A stretch of DNA of 64,000 nucleotides, taken from contig JAJDEB010000008.1 in the NCBI GenBank assembly GCA_029260015.1, forward strand, positions 68,937-132,936, read 5' to 3'. The position numbers were made by a program, and so were the translations under genes. Shown here piece by piece: positions 47,398-55,442 of the stretch (position 1 is the stretch's first letter; every line of letters starts with the position of its first letter). The notes beneath the pieces were generated by a model that was not told the origin of the DNA, searched no databases, and worked only from the letters and a program-made list of their open reading frames with translations. This stretch comes from Phycisphaerae bacterium (GTDB lineage: Bacteria > Planctomycetota > Phycisphaerae > UBA1845).

Positions 47398-48531
47398 ATG
47401 TCTAAGAAAAAGAATACCGAATTCGACGTGATCGTCATCGGCGCCGGACCGGCAGGTGCGACGGCTGCGATCATGCTGGCCAAGTCGGGAATGTCTGTCG
47501 GCCTCCTCGACAAGGCGAGTTTCCCGCGAAGCAAGCCGTGCCTGGGCTGGGTGAATGGAAACGTTTCAAAATTTCTTGAAGAACTCGACGTTGCTTCCAA
47601 GCAGTTGCTCTCGCGCCCGATCAAAAGGATCGCGTTTCACAACGGCGAGCTAAGCAAGTCAGCAGTGCCGACGTTGAAGTCGTCGCCCGGTTACCTGATC
47701 GACCGAGCGGTCTTTGACGAGCGGATGGCCAACGCGGCGAAACGGGCTGGCTCGACACTGATCGAAAAGTGCGAGGTGACCCGCCTCGAACCGCACGAAT
47801 CTGGCGTGAGTGTTCACAACGCCAAGGGCAAGACGTACCAGTGCAAATTGCTGGTTCTGGCGAACGGTGCGTCTGACGATTTTCGCAGACAAGTCGGGAT
47901 CGGGCGATCTAACTCAAGCGAAGTCCGCTGGAGCGCCCTGATCGAGCAGGAGTTGGAAGGCAAGTCGAAAGGCAACGCCGCCAACGCTGACGTCGACATT
48001 GTCCTGGGCGTCACGCCGCAGAACGGGTTGGCTATCCTCACGCGTCAGAAGGATAAGGTATCGCTGACGTTGAATTCTGCCGGAAAGGAAGAATCGATCC
48101 GCGAGCAATTCCTAGACCTCGCGACCCGACTGCGGGAGAAGGAACTGCTCGACGCCGATTTTCCGATCGGCTCCAAATCCGTCAAATGCGCAGTATCGAA
48201 TCTCGGTCCGGCACTGGAGTTGGATTCCCACGTAGGCAAGCACACGCTGCTAGTCGGCGATGCTGGCGGATTCATTGCAGCAGTCAGTCAAGAAGGCATC
48301 TATCCGGCGATGTGGTCGGCAAAGATTGCGGCAGAGGTCATCGAATCGGCGATGAAAGCAGAATCGTCGCAAGATGCCTTGATGACCTTCGAAACCAAAT
48401 GGCGACTAGAAATGGGCGACTACCTCCGCCCACCCAACACCGACCTGCAACTGCTAGCCCCACTAATCTTCTCAAACCAACCCATGACAGACCGAATGGC
48501 CAGCGCGTTTTTCTTTGGTGAGAATATATAG
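47398..48531 (+). CDS. FAD-dependent oxidoreductase, geranylgeranyl-reductase family
   Basis: The N-terminal dinucleotide fold FDVIVIGAGPAGATAAIMLAKSGMSVGLLDK and the later LVGDAGGFI motif are both present. Confidence 0.8.
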   Translation: MSKKKNTEFDVIVIGAGPAGATAAIMLAKSGMSVGLLDKASFPRSKPCLGWVNGNVSKFLEELDVASKQLLSRPIKRIAFHNGELSKSAVPTLKSSPGYLIDRAVFDERMANAAKRAGSTLIEKCEVTRLEPHESGVSVHNAKGKTYQCKLLVLANGASDDFRRQVGIGRSNSSEVRWSALIEQELEGKSKGNAANADVDIVLGVTPQNGLAILTRQKDKVSLTLNSAGKEESIREQFLDLATRLREKELLDADFPIGSKSVKCAVSNLGPALELDSHVGKHTLLVGDAGGFIAAVSQEGIYPAMWSAKIAAEVIESAMKAESSQDALMTFETKWRLEMGDYLRPPNTDLQLLAPLIFSNQPMTDRMASAFFFGENI

Positions 48532-48559
48532 CCAATTCAGTGGTCGCTGTGTGGCGCCT

Positions 48560-49144
48560 CTAGAAATTGGCACGAGCCAACGCTTGCTCAAATTTTGCAA
48601 CGAATTCAGCCAGCGGCATTTTTTTCGGCCAGAAGAATCGAGGGATACCGGTTGGCCGTTTTTTTCCTTGCTCATAGATGAGTACGCGCTCGAAGAAGCG
48701 CGAAACGGAAATGCGCTCGACAGTGGTCCAATCTATCGAAATGTCGGCGTATCCTTTAACTCGAATATGGAATCCTTCCGACGCGAGTACGAGACATTCA
48801 AATGGATACGAATGTCTCAAGCGGCGAACGCAGAATGAAAAGAAACCCAGCGCTAAGACTATCGAAAGTACCAAGTAGCAGATACTGAACCAGTCCGGGA
48901 ATCTCAATCGCGTAGATGACTGCCAGAAATGCCAGGCCGGAATAAGCCCAAAGGCCTGCACAGGAATCGATTCAATTCGGATACGCCCCGATGGTCTGTA
49001 CACCAGAATATCTGCAGCGACTCTGAAACCGCATTCCGGGCAATTCGTTGGAAGCAAATTCCCTCTCAGGTCGTACATGCACGCTGGGCAATTCTCAATT
49101 GCTGAGTCGGATGAGATGTCTTGATTTGTGTGCTGCACTTGCAT
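48560..49144 (-). CDS. Hypothetical membrane protein with N-terminal zinc-ribbon
   Basis: CPACMYDLRGNLLPTNCPECGF (CxxC...CxxC) followed by two TM helices. It lies 4 nt downstream of the phosphoesterase gene. Confidence 0.45.
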   Translation of the reverse strand: MQVQHTNQDISSDSAIENCPACMYDLRGNLLPTNCPECGFRVAADILVYRPSGRIRIESIPVQAFGLIPAWHFWQSSTRLRFPDWFSICYLVLSIVLALGFFSFCVRRLRHSYPFECLVLASEGFHIRVKGYADISIDWTTVERISVSRFFERVLIYEQGKKRPTGIPRFFWPKKMPLAEFVAKFEQALARANF

Positions 49145-49148
49145 GGTG

Positions 49149-49631
49149 CTATACCCGGTGAAGCGTCACTTCGTCGCGTTCGAGATCGATCGTGGCGACG
49201 GTGTATTCGCGGGCTCTTTGGAGGGCGCCTGGGTTTATGATTCGGCAGTTGCCGATTCGTTCGTCTCGGGCGATATGGGTGTGGCCGTGGAGGATGTAGT
49301 CTGACTTTGGCGCTCGCTGGGCTTGGTTGAATTCTGGCTCGTGGCCGTGGAAGACTTGTATGGTTTTGCCGGCGAGTTTTAGCGATCGCGGGATGGCGGT
49401 TGGTGGCGCGATTCCGACGGTGTCGAGATAGGCGATGGTGGCTTGGTCGGGATAGTCGGTGTTGCCCCAGACGAAATGAACATCGCGCCCGACCAATTCG
49501 TCGAAGACTTCGATGCCGCCAACGTCACCGCAGTGGATGAGTGTCTTTGCACCGGCGCGTTCGAGCAGTTCGACGGCCGTCCTTACGCGGGCGGCTTTCC
49601 CGTGACTGTCTGACATGACACCGATGATCAT
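49149..49631 (-). CDS. Metallophosphoesterase, YfcE/MJ0936 family
   Basis: The family motifs are MIIGVMSDSHG, HCGDV, WGNTD, FHGHE and LHGHTH; the protein is 160 aa. Confidence 0.85.
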   Translation of the reverse strand: MIIGVMSDSHGKAARVRTAVELLERAGAKTLIHCGDVGGIEVFDELVGRDVHFVWGNTDYPDQATIAYLDTVGIAPPTAIPRSLKLAGKTIQVFHGHEPEFNQAQRAPKSDYILHGHTHIARDERIGNCRIINPGALQRAREYTVATIDLERDEVTLHRV

Positions 49632-49634
49632 GAG

Positions 49635-50258
49635 TTACCCACCGACTATGCGAATGGACTCAACGATGCGGTCCCATGTGGCCTGTTCGCGCCCTCGAAT
49701 CGGGCCGGCGGTTTGCAGGTCAATTGAATAGGCGTAGGGCACCGCGTCACGGTTGTCGATCGCAGTTAATATCTGCACATGGAGGCCAAGCTGATCGCGA
49801 AACAAATCCTGCTGCTGGTCGATCGACGCGCGACAGGCTGGCCAATCGCCCATTTCTGATTCAGCAAACGTCACATCATCAAACGATTTCAGCCCCACGA
49901 TCGTGGCAAACTGGGCAATCACGTCATTGCAATAATTGCGAGGCGTGGTTTGAGGCTCGGCTTGTGCCCGACGGACGCGCAAGACTGCGTTGGTTGAACC
50001 GTATTTGTCGGAGATGGGATGAAAGACGAATACGTCGGCACCGGACAGGTCGGTTTGCGGTTTGCCTTCGCTCCATCCGATCGGCGTTTTCAAACTGATT
50101 CGCCAGCCGCTGAAGGTAACGACATCGTCGAGTGACAGTTGCGTGCGTTGTGAAATCGAGTAGTTCACAGCCACCGAGACAGCGACGAGCGATCCGATTC
50201 CGAAGACCAGACTGCGCATGCGTCTGTTGGGGACATGGTTGATCGAATGCGATTGCAT
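49635..50258 (-). CDS. Hypothetical membrane-anchored protein
   Basis: N-terminal TM (LVFGIGSLVAVSVAV). It lies 3 nt upstream of the phosphoesterase gene on the same strand. No recognisable domain. Confidence 0.45.
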   Translation of the reverse strand: MQSHSINHVPNRRMRSLVFGIGSLVAVSVAVNYSISQRTQLSLDDVVTFSGWRISLKTPIGWSEGKPQTDLSGADVFVFHPISDKYGSTNAVLRVRRAQAEPQTTPRNYCNDVIAQFATIVGLKSFDDVTFAESEMGDWPACRASIDQQQDLFRDQLGLHVQILTAIDNRDAVPYAYSIDLQTAGPIRGREQATWDRIVESIRIVGG

Positions 50259-50441
50259 GTGTGTAGCATCGTACGGTGTGAATTCGGACGTGACAACGGT
50301 TGACCGATTCCGGGTAGACGCCTACATTCACGGTCGCAATTGACAACGTTCGATCTGTGTTTTTTCGAGCGGTCGGCCTAGAATCCTGACGTCGAACATT
50401 TCAACTGGGCGCGAGCCTGTCGCTACGGGCAATGGCACCTT

Positions 50442-51347
50442 ATGGATGAATTCAAGAGATTCTTTGTTCGCGGGTTGGCAGCCGTCCTGCCAACGCTGCT
50501 GACCATTGCGATATTCCTGTGGGCGTATCGATTGGTGGACACGTACCTCGGTCAGCATATCACCCGTGGGATGTTGGGGGTGATGTGCATGATTGGGGAA
50601 CCGTCGGCTGTCGATGCCGAGGAAGATTCGCTGACCTATGGCGAGCCGGTGGACCGCTGGATTCAATCAGGCGAGTGGGCTGGAACGCGGGATACCGTCG
50701 AACACAACGTCATTTTCAGTAACGCTTTACAAAGCAGTGACGCTGAGGTTCGAAAACGTGCCGATAATGCCAAGATCAAAGCACTCTGGCAAATCGCGTT
50801 CCGCAAATACAAATTGGGCTTGGTCGGTTTTTTGATTGCGATCATTGTCGTATACTTCGTCGGACTCTTCCTGGCGAGTTTCATCGGCAGAACCACGTTG
50901 CGGCTGGTTGAGCGTACAGTGAGTCGAATGCCTTTGGTGGGTGCAATCTATCCGAACATCAAGCAGGTTACAGACTTCCTGTTCAGTGAAAGTAAGCTGG
51001 AATTCTCCGGTGTGGTGGCTGTTCCATATCCACGCAAGGGAATTTGGTCGGTTGGATTATTGACTGGTCGTCCCATGAAGGCCATGCAGGATCAGACGGA
51101 TGAGGATCTGGTCACAGTATTTATCCCGAGTTCCCCAGCGCCGGTAACCGGGTATACGATCACTGTGCCACGATCAGAATTGTTGATGTTGGATATATCC
51201 ATTGATGAGGCCCTTCGCTTCATCATTAGCGCGGGTGTCGTCAAACCTGACACGCAGTTAGCAGTAGAACCGGTGGCTGTAGAACCGGGATTGGGGAATC
51301 CCAACCCGGTGCTTGGTCAAATAGAGACCAAAAACGAGGAGACATAA
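50442..51347 (+). CDS. DUF502-family membrane protein
   Basis: GLAAVLPTLLTIAIFLWAY, RMPLVGAIYPNIKQV, VPYPRKGIWSVGLLTG and VFIPSSPAPVTGYTITVPRSEL follow the DUF502 pattern. A ~70-aa insertion sits between TM1 and TM2. Confidence 0.8.
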   Translation: MDEFKRFFVRGLAAVLPTLLTIAIFLWAYRLVDTYLGQHITRGMLGVMCMIGEPSAVDAEEDSLTYGEPVDRWIQSGEWAGTRDTVEHNVIFSNALQSSDAEVRKRADNAKIKALWQIAFRKYKLGLVGFLIAIIVVYFVGLFLASFIGRTTLRLVERTVSRMPLVGAIYPNIKQVTDFLFSESKLEFSGVVAVPYPRKGIWSVGLLTGRPMKAMQDQTDEDLVTVFIPSSPAPVTGYTITVPRSELLMLDISIDEALRFIISAGVVKPDTQLAVEPVAVEPGLGNPNPVLGQIETKNEET

Positions 51348-51349
51348 GC

Positions 51350-51691
51350 GTGGAATCAGTGGACATCTCGGTGACGGGACGACACGTTGATGTGTCAAAC
51401 AAAATTCGAAGTTACGCAGAGGAAAAGGCGTCGAAGTTACCACGGTTTTTTGATCGGGTTCAAGCGATCAACGTGATTCTCGAAAAAGAACGCGACCAGA
51501 TGTCCGTTGAGATGATTGTTCTCGCGGCGGGTACACCTAATTTTGTTGCCAAGGAAGTCGGTCCGGACGCTCATGCGTGTATCGATCTTCTGGTTGACAA
51601 AATGGAGCGCCAACTGACCAAACACAAAGAGAAACTTAAGAACCATAAACACTCTGGCCACAGTGCGGAAACGGCGGTTGACAACGACTAG
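51350..51691 (+). CDS. hpf: Ribosome hibernation promoting factor (short HPF/RaiA type)
   Basis: GTG start 2 nt after the DUF502 stop. ISVTGRHVDVSNKIRSYAEEKASKLPRFFDRV...VILEKE; 113 aa. Confidence 0.85.
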   Translation: MESVDISVTGRHVDVSNKIRSYAEEKASKLPRFFDRVQAINVILEKERDQMSVEMIVLAAGTPNFVAKEVGPDAHACIDLLVDKMERQLTKHKEKLKNHKHSGHSAETAVDND

Positions 51692-51789
51692 TCGTTGGCA
51701 ACGACCGGTGTTCGACAGAATTGGCACGTTGCCTGCATTGACTTGATGGTGCAGAGGCAAAACGCAGTTTGGGACATTTAGGGGTTCGT

Positions 51790-52266
51790 ATGAAACTCAA
51801 TGACTTCTTTGAGATTGACGCATGCATTCCAGAATTGCAGGCGACCGATCGCAACGGCGTGATACGCGAATTGATCGAAGCTTTGTCCAAGGTCGGAGCC
51901 ATCGACCCTGACGACACAGAAGCGGCGGCAAAAGCGTGCATCGCCAGAGAAAACAACGGTAGCACAGGGTTTGGCAAAGGTGTCGCCGTTCCCCACGTCA
52001 GTAAGAACCAGGTGGTCAAGCGGATGGCGGCTGCAATCGGTCGATCGACTGCGGGCGTCGATTTCGCGGCGCTGGACCGAGCCCCTGTTTACATCGTGGT
52101 GATGGTGCTGAGCCCACCCGACGACCCCGACATGCACCTGGCTGCGATGGAGCGGATCTTTCGTCATTTGCAGCGAGACAATTTCCGCCGATTCCTTCGT
52201 CAGGCCGACAGCAAAGATGCAATTCGCGATTTGATCGTCGAAGCAGACGAGTATCAGGAAGAATAG
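51790..52266 (+). CDS. ptsN: PTS EIIA-Ntr (nitrogen regulatory IIA)
   Basis: Active-site His context STGFGKGVAVPHV. MKLNDFF start with AGGGG upstream; about 158 aa. Confidence 0.85.
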   Translation: MKLNDFFEIDACIPELQATDRNGVIRELIEALSKVGAIDPDDTEAAAKACIARENNGSTGFGKGVAVPHVSKNQVVKRMAAAIGRSTAGVDFAALDRAPVYIVVMVLSPPDDPDMHLAAMERIFRHLQRDNFRRFLRQADSKDAIRDLIVEADEYQEE

Positions 52267-52388
52267 CAAACGATCTTTGGGTTCTCTTGCAGACTCCGAC
52301 ATCGTTGATGGGCGTTGAGTTCCGATTGATCGAAATGTGTGTGGGTTCATAGTGCGGTGTATGTACCAAAACTGGAAGGCAAGTAGCG

Positions 52389-52673
52389 GTGTCCGAAACC
52401 AATGGACAAGTCACCTTGGAGATCGTCAATCCGCAAGGGCTACACGCCCGACCGGTCATGAAGTTTGTCGATCTTGCCGCAACTTTCCAATCCGACATCA
52501 AGGTGGATAAAGGATCCGGTACTGAGCAAGTCGACGGCAAAAGCCCGATGCACATGATGTTGCTCGCCGCCCCCAAGGGCACATCCTTGCGGATCATCGC
52601 CGATGGTGCGGATTCCGACGCAGCGCTAAAGTCGCTTTCCGAATTGGTCAGTGGCGGTTTTGGGGAAATGTGA
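52389..52673 (+). CDS. ptsH: HPr/NPr phosphocarrier protein
   Basis: GTG start; the His15 context is VNPQGLHARPVMKFV and the protein is 94 aa. Confidence 0.85.
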   Translation: MSETNGQVTLEIVNPQGLHARPVMKFVDLAATFQSDIKVDKGSGTEQVDGKSPMHMMLLAAPKGTSLRIIADGADSDAALKSLSELVSGGFGEM

Positions 52674-52866
52674 CGCGGTTGTGAATCAATGGTAGTGCCA
52701 AGTAATTCGTTTCCCCATGTGTTTGCGACATCGGCGCCGTTTGGTTGAATAGCGGTCAACAACAAGCGGCGAGTCGCAGATTCTCATTGCAAGTTTTAGA
52801 CGTTCGTCATTCCATTAGAGGTCAATCACGAAACTCTCGTTGTGCAGGAATTAAGCGCTTTCAACT

Positions 52867-54609
52867 ATGGAGATTCTTCGGGGCATAGCCGTTTCACCAG
52901 GGATTGCGATTGCCGAGGCGATCGTTCTCGATGCGGAAGATTATCGCATCCCCCAGCGCACCGTCGCGCCCGCAGATGTTGAACACCAAGCCGAAATCCT
53001 GGAACGTGCGTTCGCAGCGTCAGTTGCCGAACTGGACCGCCAGCGTGACGGATGGTCGAACGAACTGGGGCAACACACCGCTGACATATTCAACTGGCAC
53101 CTCGGAGTCCTCAGCACACCGCAACTCCGGACACAAATCAAGGGTTTGATCCAAGAGAGTCGTTTCTCCGCTGCCTATGCAACGAGTCTGGCGATGCGAC
53201 GATTTCAACGTCGGTTCAAGAAAATCGACGACCCGGCGCTGGCTGAACGTGTTCGTGACGTGCGCGACATCGAGCGTCGTTTGCTGCGCCACATCTTAGG
53301 AGAAACGCGCGAAGACTTGGCACATCTGTCGCGCCCCGTGGTACTGATCACGCACGAGTTGACGCCTTCGGTCGCGGCGTCGTTGAGTTCCAGCAAGGTC
53401 GTCGGGGTGGCGATTGATGTCGGCGGGCCGGCATCGCACACGTCGATTCTGCTCAGGGCCATGGGCCTGCCCTCGGTCGTTGGTGTCACCGACCTGTCGT
53501 CACATGTCAGCGGTGGCGATATGATCATCGTCGACGGCGTCAACGATATTGTGATCATCGCGCCGGACGCAGCCACCCTCAAACAATATCGAGACCAACA
53601 AAATCGCTACAAGAAAATTCGCCAGGAGTTAACGGGGCTGCGCGAGTTGCCCGCCGAATCTCATGACGGCGTTGAATTCAAACTGTTGGCCAACGTCGAG
53701 TTCCCGAGTGAGGCGGCGCACTGCATTGAACAAGGCGGTGACGGCATCGGCTTGTACCGGACTGAATTTCTATATCTTCAAGGCCGAGGCGATCCAACGG
53801 AAGACGAGCAGTACGAAGCCTACCGCGAAGTCATTAGCAACATGGCTGGCAGACCGGTGACGATTCGGACGTTTGATCTGGGCGCAGACAAATATACGCA
53901 AGATAAATCTGTGGAGCGCGAGCCCAACCCAATGCTCGGCCTGCGTTCGATTCGCTACAGCCTGCAGCGGCTGGACATGTTCAAAGTCCAGCTTCGGGCT
54001 GTCCTTCGAGCCGCCACCGAGGGTGAGGTCCGGTTGATGTTCCCACTGATCATCAGCCTGATGGAGTTTCGTCAGGCTAAAATGGTACTGCATGACGCGA
54101 TGGAAGACCTAGAAGACGAAGGAATTCCATTTAATCACGATATTGAAGTCGGGATCATGGTAGAAACCCCAGCTGCGGCTATCCAATGCCGTGATTTTGC
54201 CCGCGAAGTCGGCTTTGTCAGTATTGGAACGAACGATTTGGTGCAGTATCTGCTGGCGGTTGACCGGGGCAATGAGAAGGTATCACGATTCTACTCATCA
54301 GCCCATCCATCCGTCCTGAGGGTAATTCACGATGTCATTAAGACTTGCCGGAAGGCAGGGATATCGTGTAGCTTGTGCGGAGAAATGGCCGGTCAGCCGT
54401 TATACACAATGTTGCTGGCTGGTTTGGGGCTCCGACAATTCTCGATGGGCCCCCACGACATCCCAGAGGTGAAAAAACTCCTGCGGATGTGTAAGATAAA
54501 ACAAATGGAGCGAGTGGCGAAACGGGCACTGACGTTTGAGACTGAAAGGCAGGTGGTCAATTACCTGCGAGCCCAAACGCGAAAGCTCCTTCCGGATGAT
54601 CCGATTTAA
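52867..54609 (+). CDS. ptsI: Phosphoenolpyruvate-protein phosphotransferase (PTS Enzyme I)
   Basis: Phosphohistidine loop GGPASHTSILLRAMGLPSVVG, PEP-utilising TIM barrel (RTFDLGADK, IGTNDLVQY, SLCGEMAG). It has no N-terminal GAF domain, so it is EI rather than the long PtsP form. Confidence 0.9.
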   Translation: MEILRGIAVSPGIAIAEAIVLDAEDYRIPQRTVAPADVEHQAEILERAFAASVAELDRQRDGWSNELGQHTADIFNWHLGVLSTPQLRTQIKGLIQESRFSAAYATSLAMRRFQRRFKKIDDPALAERVRDVRDIERRLLRHILGETREDLAHLSRPVVLITHELTPSVAASLSSSKVVGVAIDVGGPASHTSILLRAMGLPSVVGVTDLSSHVSGGDMIIVDGVNDIVIIAPDAATLKQYRDQQNRYKKIRQELTGLRELPAESHDGVEFKLLANVEFPSEAAHCIEQGGDGIGLYRTEFLYLQGRGDPTEDEQYEAYREVISNMAGRPVTIRTFDLGADKYTQDKSVEREPNPMLGLRSIRYSLQRLDMFKVQLRAVLRAATEGEVRLMFPLIISLMEFRQAKMVLHDAMEDLEDEGIPFNHDIEVGIMVETPAAAIQCRDFAREVGFVSIGTNDLVQYLLAVDRGNEKVSRFYSSAHPSVLRVIHDVIKTCRKAGISCSLCGEMAGQPLYTMLLAGLGLRQFSMGPHDIPEVKKLLRMCKIKQMERVAKRALTFETERQVVNYLRAQTRKLLPDDPI

Positions 54610-54710
54610 CGGTTTCAATTGAGACCGTCGGCCCGGAATAGATGGAAATTGTAAAGGCGGTCTGAGCGCGTGCTTGAGACCGGCAGAAAGAATTCAGTAG
54701 TCGGCGTATT

Positions 54711-55442
54711 TTGGGATATCTGTTGGCAGGATCATTGTTGGAAGGATCAACTCAGGACGCAGGGCGAGTTCGCTACCTCATCGATTTTTCGATCGATGGA
54801 GATATACGGTACTTGGCGCACAATGATTTGGTGCGCATGTTTAGCAAGGCATGTGCCCGAGCTGAATTACCGGTGAGCTTCTCCGAAGGTTTTAACCCGC
54901 GTGCCCGATTGACCCTGCCATTCCCGAGACCGGTTGGTCAGCGATCCGACACGGAACGAGTGCAGCTTGACCTATCGCGTCAGTTTGAAACTGGCGATTT
55001 GGTAGATCGGCTTAACGAGCAAATGCCAAGTGGTATTCGGGTGTTTGCTGCGGTACCTTCCGACCCTTACCAACCGTGTCGTCCGTGCAGCGTGACCTAT
55101 GAAGTTGATGTGACTGGCATAGACGCCGGCGCATCGGACGAAACCCCGCTGCCAAAACGCATTGAATCATTTCTGTCGTCTCTCGTTTTTGAAGTTTCGC
55201 GCGTACGCCATCGTGACGGTCGCGTCAAGGTGGTGGACATCAGGCCCTTTGTCGACGAGTTGGATGTTGTTGGAAACAGCATTCGCATGTCGATTTTGGT
55301 TACTCAATCTGATGGAGGTCTGACGACGCCCGCAGAGGTGTGTCAGGCCCTTGGCATGGATGCAGACGTGATCAATCACCGGGTCCGTCGCGTGAAAATT
55401 CAATGGCTCAGCAATCCGAAAAAACAGAACGCAACACCGTAA
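54711..55442 (+). CDS. DUF2344 (TIGR03936-type, radical-SAM-associated) protein
   Basis: RVRYLIDFSIDGDIRYLAHNDLVRMFSKACARAELPVSFSEGFNPRARLTLPFP matches the family pattern. The start is uncertain (TTG candidates at 54711 and 54738-54741). Confidence 0.7.
   Translation: MGYLLAGSLLEGSTQDAGRVRYLIDFSIDGDIRYLAHNDLVRMFSKACARAELPVSFSEGFNPRARLTLPFPRPVGQRSDTERVQLDLSRQFETGDLVDRLNEQMPSGIRVFAAVPSDPYQPCRPCSVTYEVDVTGIDAGASDETPLPKRIESFLSSLVFEVSRVRHRDGRVKVVDIRPFVDELDVVGNSIRMSILVTQSDGGLTTPAEVCQALGMDADVINHRVRRVKIQWLSNPKKQNATP

Noticed and set aside
51778-52765. Minus-strand ORFs of 190 aa (51778-52350) and 249 aa (52016-52765).
   Set aside because: They are shadows of ptsN and HPr, which have clear active-site motifs on the plus strand.
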